Below, piece by piece: positions 19,711-29,740 of a DNA stretch of 64,000 nt. The notes under the pieces were generated by a model, which was not told where the DNA came from, ran no database searches, and was given only the letters and a program-made list of their open reading frames with translations. This stretch comes from an uncultured delta proteobacterium. GTDB taxonomy: Bacteria; Desulfobacterota; Binatia; Binatales; Binataceae. Within the stretch, counting starts at the first letter, position 1; each line of letters starts with the position of its first letter. The stretch is from assembly GCA_963724765.1 (NCBI GenBank), contig CAVRVY010000001.1, positions 896,001-960,000 of the forward strand, read 5' to 3'. The position numbers and the translations under genes were made by a program.

Positions 19711-20937
19711 TCAGGCCAGCGCGCGAAATGCAGCGGTCTCGGATTCACCGGGCGCCGCATCGATGAGCGCTTCGAGCAGGTCGGGAATTTCAAACACTGC
19801 GCGGTTGTTGAGCGCGCCGGCGCGCGAGCGAAAGTGCACGAGGCGCTGCGGGTCGAGCATCTGCTTGAATCCGGCCACGATGTCGTTGAACGAGCGCAGC
19901 ACCACTCCAAGCTGGTGCCGCTCGATCCACTCGGTATTATAACGCTCCTGCACCATGGTCCGGACGTTGCGCTCGACGATCACCGGCAGGTTCATCACCA
20001 GCGCCTCGCTCAGGCTGCCGGGGCCGGGCTTGCCGACGAAGTAGTCACTCAAGTGCATAAGCCGGGGTATGTCTCGCGTGAAGCCCTCGACGTGACACGG
20101 GAACGGCAGCTTCATCGCCAAAAGCTGCTCACGCAGCCGCTGATTATGACCGCACAAAAAGATCAGCTGAGTCTTCACCGCGGCCTCGGCCACGCGCCGC
20201 GCGATCGTCAACATCCGGCGCGAGCCGAATCCTCCGAACATCACCAGGCCGGTGGGGAGATCGGGACGCAATCCGAGCCGGCGGCGTTCCTCTTCGCGGC
20301 TGATATCCAGTCGGCAATAAAACTCGGGCCGCACGATCATCCCCGACGTGCGGATCACGCGTCCGGGCGGATAGCCCATCGCCAGCGCCTGCCCGGCCGC
20401 CTTTGCGGTGCCGCAGATGAGGTATTGCTTTTGACGCTCGATCCAGAAATGCGGAGGACAGTCGGCGAAGTCGGTGAGAATAGTGACCATCGGCGTGGGC
20501 GGTCGGCGACGCTCGCGATTCGCGAGGCGCAGACCCTCGAAGATCGCGCGGTTGAAATTAGGTATCAGCGATACCACCAAGTCGGGGCGCCTCTGCTGCC
20601 AGTAGCCGGACAACAGCGCCACATTGCGCGGATGCATCCGCCGAATCAGAAACTGGACCGCGCGCAGCATCGGCCCGGTCCCGATAGTCAGTCCGTACTT
20701 GAGCATCCGATTGTACAAATCCTCGACCCGGACGCCAGTCAGGCGATGGAAGATGTCGATCGGTTCCAGGATGTCGCGCAGATTAATCATCCGGATCTGC
20801 CAACCGCGCTGTTGCTGGTCGGCGAGCGCCTTCAGGGCGGTTGCAGAGGCGCGATGGCCGCCGCCAGCGTCGAAGAAGATTAGATCGATTTGCGAAGCGC
20901 GCAGCGCAGTCGTCGGTAAAGCGCGCGCGATGTTCAT
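19711..20937 (-). CDS. Diacylglycerol glycosyltransferase (MGDG synthase/UgtP-like, GT28)
   Basis: DAGGGHR, TILTD, GGFGS, GKPGPGSLSEAL, QERYN. Confidence 0.85.
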   Translation of the reverse strand: MNIARALPTTALRASQIDLIFFDAGGGHRASATALKALADQQQRGWQIRMINLRDILEPIDIFHRLTGVRVEDLYNRMLKYGLTIGTGPMLRAVQFLIRRMHPRNVALLSGYWQQRRPDLVVSLIPNFNRAIFEGLRLANRERRRPPTPMVTILTDFADCPPHFWIERQKQYLICGTAKAAGQALAMGYPPGRVIRTSGMIVRPEFYCRLDISREEERRRLGLRPDLPTGLVMFGGFGSRRMLTIARRVAEAAVKTQLIFLCGHNQRLREQLLAMKLPFPCHVEGFTRDIPRLMHLSDYFVGKPGPGSLSEALVMNLPVIVERNVRTMVQERYNTEWIERHQLGVVLRSFNDIVAGFKQMLDPQRLVHFRSRAGALNNRAVFEIPDLLEALIDAAPGESETAAFRALA

Positions 20938-21803
20938 GACAGCGCCGTCTCAGCAGCCGGATCGTACGCCGTGCGACGGCCCGGCGCGCGGTCCCAGCGC
21001 AGCAGCGCGAGCACGCCGTTTCGATCTTCCGCCACCGCGGTGCAACTGCTCACCCAATCGCCGTCATTGATGTACCAGATGGATCCGATAAGACGCTGTT
21101 CGGGGCGATGAATGTGGCCGCATATAACACCGTCGGCCCGGTGGCGGCGCACGGTCTCGGACACCGCGCGATCGCTGAAATCGGTCAGGTATTCGACCGC
21201 CTTTTTCACCCCGCCTTTGAGATACGAGGAGAGCGGACCGTGGCGCTCGCGCCGCGGCTTGCCGTCGCCGTTGTACCAGCGGTCGATACGCATCGCGGTC
21301 AGATAGGCCTGGTTACCCATCCTGAGGAACCAGCGGTTGGGGTTGAGCGATCCGTCGAATTGATGGCCATGGATCACGAGCATCCGGCGTCCTTCGGCCG
21401 TCTGATGAATCAACTCGGTCAGGACGGGTATTGGGCCAAAAAGGGATTGAACGAGGTCGGCGCTGAACTCGTCATGGTTGCCAGGCAGAAACACGACGCG
21501 CGTGCCGCGCCGATACCACGCTGCTATCTCTTCGACCACCGCGGCTTGCGCCGGGCTCCAGTACCACGAGGGGCCGAGCACCCAGCCGTCGACGATATCA
21601 CCGACCAGGTAGAGGTTGTCGGCCTGATAATGACGCAGGAAGTCGTAGAGCGCCTCGGCCTTGCAGCGCGGGGTGCCGAGATGCAGATCGGAAATCCAGA
21701 TCGAGCGATAATAGTTGCTTGTCGCCCCCGGCGGCGCGGCGGCGCGGGTGAGCCACTCGGCCCACCCTGACGATGAGAAGCGGTCTAGCCCGACCCCTTC
21801 CAT
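20934..21803 (-). CDS. Metallophosphoesterase, LpxH2/PlcP (phospholipase C) type
   Basis: YRSIWISDLHLG..CKAE.L.DFL, LYLVGDIVDGW, PGNHD, HG.QFD, CGHIH, YINDGDWV. Confidence 0.85.
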   Translation of the reverse strand: MEGVGLDRFSSSGWAEWLTRAAAPPGATSNYYRSIWISDLHLGTPRCKAEALYDFLRHYQADNLYLVGDIVDGWVLGPSWYWSPAQAAVVEEIAAWYRRGTRVVFLPGNHDEFSADLVQSLFGPIPVLTELIHQTAEGRRMLVIHGHQFDGSLNPNRWFLRMGNQAYLTAMRIDRWYNGDGKPRRERHGPLSSYLKGGVKKAVEYLTDFSDRAVSETVRRHRADGVICGHIHRPEQRLIGSIWYINDGDWVSSCTAVAEDRNGVLALLRWDRAPGRRTAYDPAAETALS

Positions 21804-21983
21804 CGGGGATCCGCCTCAAGCGTAGATTGACTCTGGAAGTACACATTATCGTAAGTATGGGATCGAAGAGACGAAATCGATAGTATATCTTGACGATCTG
21901 AATAAGAGATTATTATGTGGATATTAAGCGAACGATCGCGTTGAATCGATTCCAGGGTTCCATTAACAAGTTACCAAAAGAGA

Positions 21984-22070
21984 GTCATCCTGAGCGAAGC
22001 GAGTCCGCGAGCGGAGTAGAAGATTCGCGCGCGGCATTTGTTTAGGGCTCAGCCCGCCGCTTGGAATGAC
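21984..22070 (+). repeat. Intergenic REP/MITE-like repeat, copy 2 (GTCAT...ATGAC ends)
   Basis: GTCATCCTGAGCGAAGCGAGTCCGCGAGCGGAGTAGAAGATTCGCGCG...GGAATGAC. Confidence 0.7.
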
Positions 22071-22104
22071 GGCTTGGGCATTTGTTCTTGCATGAGGTTG
22101 CGCT

Positions 22105-22674
22105 TCAGCGGACGACAAGGATTTTATCGACCCACGCCGCGAAGGCTTCCATGAAGCTTTTCAAAAACTTTCGTGTGCCTTCGTTCGTGATATTTCCGTC
22201 CTTGTCGAACAGTGCCGCGGCGCCTCCGATGTAAGCCTCCGGCTGCGGCATCGCGGGCACGTTCAGAAACACAAACGATTGGCGCAGGTGATGATTGGCG
22301 CCGAAACCGCCGATCGCACCCGGCGAGACGCTGACCACGCCCCCCGGCTTTCCATCCCAAGCGCTATGTCCGTAGGGGCGCGAGCCTACATCGAGCGCAT
22401 TTTTCAGCACCCCCGGAACCGACCGATTGTATTCGGGCGTCACGAACAGGACCGCGTCGGCCGCCTTGACCTTCGCGCGAAACGCCACCCACTCGGGACG
22501 CGGGGCACCATTATCGTCGTCGTCCTGGTTATAGAGAGGGAGCTGTCCAATCTCGACAATTTCGAGTTGAAGCTCCGCGGGCGCAAGTGCCGCCAGTACT
22601 TTGGCAGTCATGCGGTTGAACGACCCTTTGCGCAGGCTGCCAACGAATACGGCCACTGTTCGTGTGTTGCGCAT
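22105..22674 (-). CDS. NAD(P)H-dependent FMN reductase (ChrR/YieF-like)
   Basis: VGSLRKGSFNR, VTPEYNRSVPGVLKNALD, SPGAIGGFGANHHLRQ. Confidence 0.92.
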   Translation of the reverse strand: MRNTRTVAVFVGSLRKGSFNRMTAKVLAALAPAELQLEIVEIGQLPLYNQDDDDNGAPRPEWVAFRAKVKAADAVLFVTPEYNRSVPGVLKNALDVGSRPYGHSAWDGKPGGVVSVSPGAIGGFGANHHLRQSFVFLNVPAMPQPEAYIGGAAALFDKDGNITNEGTRKFLKSFMEAFAAWVDKILVVR

Positions 22675-22867
22675 TGCGCATTCTCCCTGGTCGATTTTGC
22701 GAAACGGTTGATGGGGCCCGGCGGCGCGGGATCCACAGCAACAGCGCTAGCATGCTATTTCGGTCTTGCGCCACCGTGAGGCGCCCGCTGATCCCGAATC
22801 TTGGAATTTCGCGATTAAGTGTTACCGTGGCTCAAGGGACAGCATAAATCGAAAGGCGGCATATCCG

Positions 22868-23974
22868 ATGAAAAGCATCAAGCTGAACTATGGCGTTCGA
22901 TGCGCCGCGGAATCTGCAAAGGGCCACAATCGCTGGCATTGCGATATCGCCCCCGCCCTGGAAGTCGAGCCGGGCGAGGAGGTCGAGCTCGAGACCAGGG
23001 ACGCGCTCGACGGCCAGGTCACCGCGGCGACCGCCGCCGCCGACTTGCTCAAGCTGGACATGAGCGTGGTGCATCCGCTCACCGGGCCGGTGTTCGTGAA
23101 AGGGGCGGAGCCGGGCGACCTGCTCGAAGTGGATATCCGCGAGCTCAAGCCCGCGAACTGGGGTTTCACGATTCAGACGCCGGGTTTCGGGTTTCTGCGC
23201 GATGAATTTCCCGACCCTTTCATCGTGAAGTGGCGAATCGCCGAGGGCTGGGCCACTTCGCCCGACCTTCCCGGAGTGCGACTGCGCGACAGTTCGTTCA
23301 TGGGCACCATCGGCATCGCGCCGTCCGAGGATCTGCGGCGTGAGATTGTGCGGCGCGAAGAGGCCCTGCGCGAGCGCGGCGGCTTTGTGCTACCGCCGGA
23401 GGCGGCGGGCGCGGTGCCGGCGCGCGAGCCGATCGCGTCTGAGGGGCTGCGCACGATTCCGCCGCGCGAGAATGGCGGCAATCTCGACATCAAGCAATTG
23501 AGCGCAGGCGCGCGGCTGTTGCTGCCGGTGTTCGTGCCGGGCGCGCTGTTTTCGGTCGGCGACGCGCACTTTGCGCAAGGCGACGGCGAATCCTGCGGCA
23601 CCGCGGTCGAGATGTGTGCGTCGGTGGTGGTGAAGTTCGCGCTGCGCAAGGGCGAGGCGGCGCGCCACAAGATTCGCTTCCCGCGCTTCGAGCGCGACGA
23701 CTACTTTATGCCGCCCGAACTGGCGGCACCCAAGCGGCTTCTCGCTACCACCGGGATGTGCATCCGCGACGGCATCAACGAATCGGAAAATGCGACCATG
23801 GCGGCGCATCACGCTTTGATGAACATGATCGCGCTGCTGATGGAGCGCGGCTGGAGCCGCCAGCAGGCCTATGCGATTTGCAGCGTGGCAGTGGACTTGC
23901 GGCTGAGCGAAGTGGTCGACGTGCCCAACTTCGTGGTCTCGGCGCTGCTGCCGCTTGCGATCTTCGATAAATAG
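22868..23974 (+). CDS. Acetamidase/formamidase family protein
   Basis: HNRWH, HPLTGP...GAEPGDLL, PRENGGNLD, GDAHFAQGDGE. Confidence 0.9.
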   Translation: MKSIKLNYGVRCAAESAKGHNRWHCDIAPALEVEPGEEVELETRDALDGQVTAATAAADLLKLDMSVVHPLTGPVFVKGAEPGDLLEVDIRELKPANWGFTIQTPGFGFLRDEFPDPFIVKWRIAEGWATSPDLPGVRLRDSSFMGTIGIAPSEDLRREIVRREEALRERGGFVLPPEAAGAVPAREPIASEGLRTIPPRENGGNLDIKQLSAGARLLLPVFVPGALFSVGDAHFAQGDGESCGTAVEMCASVVVKFALRKGEAARHKIRFPRFERDDYFMPPELAAPKRLLATTGMCIRDGINESENATMAAHHALMNMIALLMERGWSRQQAYAICSVAVDLRLSEVVDVPNFVVSALLPLAIFDK

Positions 23975-23996
23975 CAGCGAAAGAAAGAGAGGCGCC

Positions 23997-24938
23997 GTGG
24001 AATATCGCAACATGGGAAAATCCGGGCTCAAGGTTTCCGCCGTGGGCCTCGGCTGCAACAATTTCGGAATGAAGTGCGATGCCGAACAGACGCGGGCGGT
24101 CGTGCATCGCGCGCTCGACGAAGGCGTCACGCTCTTCGACACCGCCGACATGTATGGCAACCGCGGCGGCTCGGAGGAGTTGCTGGGCAAGGCGCTTGGC
24201 CAGCGCCGGCGCGAGGTCGTCGTTGCGAGCAAGTTCGGGATGCTGATGGGCGACGGTCCATATCTCCACGGCGCATCGCGCCGCTACGTAATGGCCGCCG
24301 CCGAGGACAGTCTCCGGCGCCTGCACACGGATTACATCGACCTCTATCAGCTTCACACGCCCGATCCCGAAACGCCGCAGGAGGAGACGCTCGAGGCGCT
24401 GGCCGACCTGGTTCACGCCGGCAAAGTCCGTTACATCGGATGCAGCAACTTCGCCGCGTGGCAATTGGCCGAGGCGCTGGGGATCTCGCGCGCCCGCGGC
24501 CTTCCGGCCTACATCTCGGCGCAAAATGAATACAGCCTTCTCGACCGCCAGATCGAGCGCGAGCTGCTTCCGGCGTGCCGCCATTTCGGCGTCGGTATCC
24601 TGCCGTATTTTCCGTTGGCCAGCGGCTTTCTGACCGGCAAGTACCGGCGCGGCGTGAAGCCGCCCGCGGGCACGCGGATGGCGCTGTTGGAGCGGGCCGC
24701 GCAGCGGACGCTCACGGAGCCGAATTTCGACCTGCTGGAAAAGCTGGAGAACTTCGCGCGCGAGAGTGGCCATTCGCTGCTCGAACTCGCGGTCGGATGG
24801 CTGGTGTCGGAGCCGCAGAACTCAAGCGTGATTTGCGGCGCCACTACACCCGAGCAGGTGAGCCAGAACGTGAAGGCGGGAGAATGGAGGCTGAGCGCGC
24901 AAGAGCGCGAGGCGGTGGGCAAGCTGACGCATCGCTGA
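23997..24938 (+). CDS. Aldo/keto reductase
   Basis: GLGCNNFG, FDTADMYG, DYIDLYQLH, GKVRYIGCSN, PYFPLASG. Confidence 0.93.
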   Translation: MEYRNMGKSGLKVSAVGLGCNNFGMKCDAEQTRAVVHRALDEGVTLFDTADMYGNRGGSEELLGKALGQRRREVVVASKFGMLMGDGPYLHGASRRYVMAAAEDSLRRLHTDYIDLYQLHTPDPETPQEETLEALADLVHAGKVRYIGCSNFAAWQLAEALGISRARGLPAYISAQNEYSLLDRQIERELLPACRHFGVGILPYFPLASGFLTGKYRRGVKPPAGTRMALLERAAQRTLTEPNFDLLEKLENFARESGHSLLELAVGWLVSEPQNSSVICGATTPEQVSQNVKAGEWRLSAQEREAVGKLTHR

Positions 24939-24996
24939 GCGCGCTGACGAGGGCGAGCCAGGGTCATGGCGCGGATCTGCGGGAGGCCGGCCGGAT

Positions 24997-25506
24997 TTAC
25001 AGGTCCAAGCGGGCGCGGATCGTATCGGCGATTTGCTCGGGCGTCTCCGAGATATCGACGACGATCGCATCCGCCGGTTCTTCCAGCGTATCGAATTGGC
25101 TCTGCAATAGCCGCTGATCGAAGAAATGGCCGGCGCGCTGAGCGAGGCGCCGCGCAATCAGCTCTCGCGATCCTTTCAGATATACCAGCTTGACCTTCAC
25201 CGTATCGACGATTAGCAAGTCCCGGTATGCCTGCTTAAGCGCCGAGCATGCGACCACCGCGGATCGGTTCGCGGCAAGGCATCGCTGCACGAGCTCCCTC
25301 ACCGCGTGCAGCCACGGCGCTCGATCTTTGTCGCTGAGCGCGATGCCGCGGCGCATCTTTTCGCGATTTTGCGGCGAGTGAAGATCGTCGGCATCGTGGA
25401 ACTCATATTCAAGGCGCGCGGCCAGGATGTGACCGACAGTAGTCTTCCCCGAACGCGCCACTCCGATAAGGATTATGACCATCGACGCCAGCGTGCTCGC
25501 GGACAT
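24997..25506 (-). CDS. gntK: Gluconokinase
   Basis: GVARSGKTT P-loop, DADDLH, L.D.DR.PWL, ACSALK..YR, SQFDTLE. Confidence 0.88.
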   Translation of the reverse strand: MSASTLASMVIILIGVARSGKTTVGHILAARLEYEFHDADDLHSPQNREKMRRGIALSDKDRAPWLHAVRELVQRCLAANRSAVVACSALKQAYRDLLIVDTVKVKLVYLKGSRELIARRLAQRAGHFFDQRLLQSQFDTLEEPADAIVVDISETPEQIADTIRARLDL

Positions 25507-25575
25507 CCATCAGAAACCGGCCAGGTTCAACGGATCCACGCCGGCATGGTGAAGGGCGTCGCCGTTCAGTTCAGA

Positions 25576-26238
25576 TTAGCGCACCCACGATTGCGGCGGC
25601 GGCAAGTAGGTTGTTACGCGCACCGGCACCTGCACGCGGTGTCCGTTACGCAGAACGTTAAAATAGACAATTTCGCCTGGTTGGACCTCGCGCATACAGT
25701 AGTAAAAATCCAGAAAGTTAGTAACGCGCGAGCCATCGACCCCGATTATCAGGTCGTAGCTCTCGCCGAGGGGAACAGACTCAATGATGGGCATTACCAT
25801 TGCCGCCGGCGGAAATGCCATCGTGGCCAGCATACCCACACCGCTTAGAATGTCTCGCGTGGGTTGGCGGAACGGATGCAGTCCTGCGTCCGCTCCCGGA
25901 CTTCCTGGCGCGATATCGACGACCAACAGTCCCTGGATTTCCTTCTCCACTTTGCGCCGTTCTATCCGCATGTCTACGCCGAAGAGCGAAATCTCTTCGT
26001 TCGCGTCCAGGTATTCCTGTAGTCCCGGGGGATCCGGTCGATTTCCATCCTGCTCCATCTGATAGGTTGCAACGTCGCCGCTGACCGGAGGCGGCGGCGC
26101 ATACACGCTCTCCACTTGAGAGGCCGGCGTCGACGAAATTTCAGCGGTCTCCGCCGCGAAAGAACGCTCCGCATGCGTCGCTCCGAGGAACAGGCTCGCT
26201 ACACATAGAAGCAGGCTGATCGGGTTCGATCTTCGCAT
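25576..26238 (-). CDS. Secreted PDZ-domain protein
   Basis: Signal peptide; GLLVVDIAPGSPGADAGL...DLIIGVDG..V PDZ pattern with an insertion. Confidence 0.7.
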   Translation of the reverse strand: MRRSNPISLLLCVASLFLGATHAERSFAAETAEISSTPASQVESVYAPPPPVSGDVATYQMEQDGNRPDPPGLQEYLDANEEISLFGVDMRIERRKVEKEIQGLLVVDIAPGSPGADAGLHPFRQPTRDILSGVGMLATMAFPPAAMVMPIIESVPLGESYDLIIGVDGSRVTNFLDFYYCMREVQPGEIVYFNVLRNGHRVQVPVRVTTYLPPPQSWVR

Positions 26239-26274
26239 CTGACTGGAACCTGCCGGTCGTTCGCTTAAACAACG

Positions 26275-26291
26275 AGCAAACGGAAAGCCAT
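26275..26291 (-). promoter_or_regulatory. Putative sigma54 -24/-12 promoter
   Basis: Minus strand TGGC-TTTCCGT-TTGCT (GG-N10-GC) ~37 nt upstream of the PDZ gene start. Confidence 0.55.
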
Positions 26292-26660
26292 CAAATCACG
26301 TCAGTACGCGTAATGCCACAGCCGAAATCTCGCACTCCAGCCTGCGCATCGACAGTGCCAGCCGGCAGCCACGAGCGGGTCATCGCCATGGCCGATGAAT
26401 TTAAATTAAAGGCGCAGCGAATGCGGCGAATAAAAGTAGAGGCGTCCTTCCTGCGCACGAGGCATGCTTGCCGAGCCGTCCTCATGCGCCGTTGTGTAGA
26501 ATACGCCGCGCTCGGCGGCTAGCTGCTTACCCAGCCTGTGCTAACCGCATTTGTGGTCTCCCAGAGAACATTTCAAAGAGGTTCGACGAACGTCACTAAG
26601 CCTGGAGCCATCAGCCCTCCGGCTATGCGAGGTAGAATACCTGCTCAGACCGTTCGTGTC

Positions 26661-27554
26661 TTAGTCTGTTTCTATTGGCAGCGAGTGATCTTTCGCCCAT
26701 TCGCCCATCGATCCGTCGTACAGCGTAATGCGGTCATGCCCGAGTTGATACAACATAAACAAATCAACTGTCGCTGAAATGCCGCCCCCATAGTAGCAGA
26801 TTACGCCCTTGGATTTGTTAATTCCGGCCGCTTCGAAGGCTGCCCGCGCCTGCGCCAGAGATACAAACGCTTTCGTTTTGGAATCGAGTAAAGTCCCTGC
26901 GTATACATTCACACTGCCCGGAACGCGGCCCGGACGACCATAGCGGCTGGGAGCCTTGCCGCTATGCATCTCCGGCGGCAACGCGTTTACGATGACAGTG
27001 GCGGGATCGCCGAGCGCCGCCGACACTTGCTCCTTACCCACGAGCATCCCCGGGCGTGGGCGGCTGACGAATTCGGCCGGTGGATACGCGCACGGCTCGA
27101 TCGAAACCGGGCGGTTCTCGGCCCGCCATTTATCCCAACCTCCGTCCAAAACCGCTGCATGGTCGAAGCCGAACGCCCGCAGCATCCACCAGACTCGGGT
27201 CGCCCACATGATGCTGCCCGCGCTATATAGAACGACCCGCGCCGCTTCGCCCACACCATGATGCGACATGGCGGCTGCGAAATGGTCCGCCGAAGGCATC
27301 GCAAACCGCAGCTTCGTGGTGTTGTCTGAGAGCGCTCCCTGGATATCGAGGAATCCAGCGCCCGGAATATGCCCCGCGTCATATTCCGCTCTTGCGCCGA
27401 CCACAAGATACGGCATATCGCTGCCCGGCTCGACAGGTTTTAAATGTGTCGTGCAATCGAAGATGCGCAAGCCGGGGTCGCCCAGATGAGCCTCGAGCCA
27501 ATCGGTCTGCACCAGACTCTCAGGGTCGCGATATTCGATTTTTTCGTCCGCCAT
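26661..27554 (-). CDS. Tandem-domain sulfurtransferase (SseA/rhodanese); catalytic Cys position reads Tyr
   Basis: GHIPGA, WATRVWWML, LDGGW..W, LYDGSMGEW; active loop reads CYYGGGIS instead of YCGGG. Confidence 0.85.
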   Translation of the reverse strand: MADEKIEYRDPESLVQTDWLEAHLGDPGLRIFDCTTHLKPVEPGSDMPYLVVGARAEYDAGHIPGAGFLDIQGALSDNTTKLRFAMPSADHFAAAMSHHGVGEAARVVLYSAGSIMWATRVWWMLRAFGFDHAAVLDGGWDKWRAENRPVSIEPCAYPPAEFVSRPRPGMLVGKEQVSAALGDPATVIVNALPPEMHSGKAPSRYGRPGRVPGSVNVYAGTLLDSKTKAFVSLAQARAAFEAAGINKSKGVICYYGGGISATVDLFMLYQLGHDRITLYDGSMGEWAKDHSLPIETD

Positions 27555-27613
27555 GACCTGCTCCTCGGTGACTGTCGCTCTCTCAGACTATGCGAGTGAA
27601 TTGTACCGCAACG

Positions 27614-28591
27614 CTAGAACGAATATCTTTTGCCGACAACGGAGGGCTCGACCACGCTGTCTCCGAAAGCATTGGTAAGCGCTACGACAGCCCGCCAGCC
27701 AGTGCAGTGTCCGGCGGCGACGGTTCCCAGCTTGAACTCCGACAGCGCCCCAACGGTCTCGGGTATGATCTCTTCGTTGGCGCCGGCAAGATGAAAACCG
27801 CCCATCACCGCGTGGACTGGCGCTCCGTCGGCACAATCGCGGGCGTGTTTCAAGACGTTTACCACTCCAGCGTGAGAACATGCGGTGAATACTACGAGCC
27901 CCTTTTTTTCGACATTCACCATCAGGAATCGCTCGTCCAGGAGCAAGGGATCCGGTTGCCAACTTTCATCCTCGGACCTTTGATAATGCGCAGGCAGGCC
28001 GCGCTCGAATGGTGTCACGCGCGGGATTTCGCCACTCAAGTAGAACATGCCGTCAAGAAGGACACGGGATTCTCTGGTACAGTTGACGTCCGCGCCATGG
28101 GCGGTGAGGGCTTCGATGCTCGGAACATCTTTCATGGGCATGAATTCGCCACCAGGCGATCGGCGTGCCCTGGAGCGAAACATGCCAGGGTGGGCGTAGT
28201 ACGGGACTGACCGCCCGCCGTTGCGGGCGCGAACGAGGTCGAGCGCCTTCAGCATTCCTCCGGCATGGTCCCAGTGGCCATGGGAGAGCACGACGCTCTC
28301 AACCAGTCCCAGGTGAAGGCCGAGCCGGCCCGAGTTACGCTCGAACGCATATTCCTCCGGTCCACTGTCGAAAAGAATGCTGTGCTTCAAGTCTCCCCAG
28401 GTCGCCGTGATCAGCAGGGAAAGCCCGTGGCACGCACAACAAAGCGAGTCACCGGATAGTTCCTGCATCCCGTGCCGCTCCAGGTACGCGAACTCTGATT
28501 CTGCGTGGGCGGGAATGGAGGAAAGACTGTCAGTCGCATTGTCGACCAGAACCTGAATTTCCACGTTATCAACCAACGCCAGATTGCCCAT
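27614..28591 (-). CDS. MBL-fold metallo-hydrolase (DHPS-like/MJ0301 type)
   Basis: LSHGHWDHAGG, TACSHAG, GGFHL, GHCTG. Confidence 0.88.
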   Translation of the reverse strand: MGNLALVDNVEIQVLVDNATDSLSSIPAHAESEFAYLERHGMQELSGDSLCCACHGLSLLITATWGDLKHSILFDSGPEEYAFERNSGRLGLHLGLVESVVLSHGHWDHAGGMLKALDLVRARNGGRSVPYYAHPGMFRSRARRSPGGEFMPMKDVPSIEALTAHGADVNCTRESRVLLDGMFYLSGEIPRVTPFERGLPAHYQRSEDESWQPDPLLLDERFLMVNVEKKGLVVFTACSHAGVVNVLKHARDCADGAPVHAVMGGFHLAGANEEIIPETVGALSEFKLGTVAAGHCTGWRAVVALTNAFGDSVVEPSVVGKRYSF

Positions 28592-28654
28592 CGAAACCTC
28601 TTCTCATGGAAGGTCGCAGGTCCATGGAACGGAACCGTTCGAACCAACCGGCTG

Positions 28655-29224
28655 TCATCCACGCCCGAGCGAGTAGAACTCATCGTTCGGCCGCATGTCG
28701 CTGACATTGGCCAGGCGATTCGACATGGCGAAGAATGCGGCTATCGCGGCGATGTCCCAGACGTCGTCCTGACTGAAACCGTGACTTTTGAGTCCCTCGA
28801 ACTCCTGCTCTCCGATCGCGAAGGGCGCGACCGCGACCTTCAACGCGAAGTCGAGCATCGTTTTCTGTCTTGGCGTGATATCCGCTTTGCGATAGTTGAC
28901 GGCCACCTGATCCGCGATCAACGGGTTTTTCGCCCTCACGCGCAGAATGGCGCCATGAGCGATCACGCAGTAGTGGCATTGATTGGCACCGCTGGTGGCG
29001 ACCACGATCATTTCGCGCTCGGCCTTGGTGAGGCCGCCAGCTTTGTCCATCAGCGTGTCGTGGTAAGCAAAGAAGGCGCGGAATTCATCCGGACGATGCG
29101 CCATGGCGAGGAACACGTTCGGAATGAATCCGGCCTTTGCCTGCACCTGCTCGATCCGGCTCCGGACATCGTCGGGCATCTCCTTCAGTGCAGGAACCGG
29201 AAACCGGCTGATAGGGTGACTCAT
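28655..29224 (-). CDS. Peroxidase-related enzyme (AhpD/CMD family)
   Basis: GFIPNVF, EREMIVVATS..NQCHYCVIAHGAILR, MSNRLAN. Confidence 0.9.
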   Translation of the reverse strand: MSHPISRFPVPALKEMPDDVRSRIEQVQAKAGFIPNVFLAMAHRPDEFRAFFAYHDTLMDKAGGLTKAEREMIVVATSGANQCHYCVIAHGAILRVRAKNPLIADQVAVNYRKADITPRQKTMLDFALKVAVAPFAIGEQEFEGLKSHGFSQDDVWDIAAIAAFFAMSNRLANVSDMRPNDEFYSLGRG

Positions 29225-29248
29225 GAAATACCTCAATAGCGGCCGGGA

Positions 29249-29689
29249 TTATCTGGCCGCCTTCAGCGGATCTGCGAATTCAGTGGCAAAGTTGCAGGCC
29301 TTGAGCGCCTCGAGGCAGCAGGCGATGTCCTCGTCGATGGTGCCGCCGCTGACGCCGACGGCGCCGAGAAATTCGCCGTTTTCCACGATCGGCAAACCAC
29401 CGGCGACCATGCAGATGCGCGGATCGGTATGCTGTAATCCATAACCCATCGCATCGGGCATCATCACCGCCCGCACCATCGCGGTGGGACGCTTGAACGC
29501 GATTGCCGTCCACGCCTTTTTGATTGCGATATCGACGTTGGCGATCCGGCCGCCCTCGGGCCGCTCCAGTCCCCGCAGATGGCCGCCGAAATCGACGATC
29601 GCCGTGGTGCTGGGCTTGCCACTTCGTTGAGCCTCGCGTCCGGATGCCTCGAGCATCCTGCGCACTTCTTCAAGCTTGATTTCACGCAT
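29249..29689 (-). CDS. GlcG/HbpS/PduO-C haem-binding family protein
   Basis: AIVD.GGHL, A.KKAWTA, GGLPI...GEFLGAVGVSGG...ED. Confidence 0.88.
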   Translation of the reverse strand: MREIKLEEVRRMLEASGREAQRSGKPSTTAIVDFGGHLRGLERPEGGRIANVDIAIKKAWTAIAFKRPTAMVRAVMMPDAMGYGLQHTDPRICMVAGGLPIVENGEFLGAVGVSGGTIDEDIACCLEALKACNFATEFADPLKAAR

Positions 29690-29740
29690 CGCAGATCTCC
29701 ATTTTTCTCGAAAGCATTCGCGCGCGCGGCACCATGGTTC

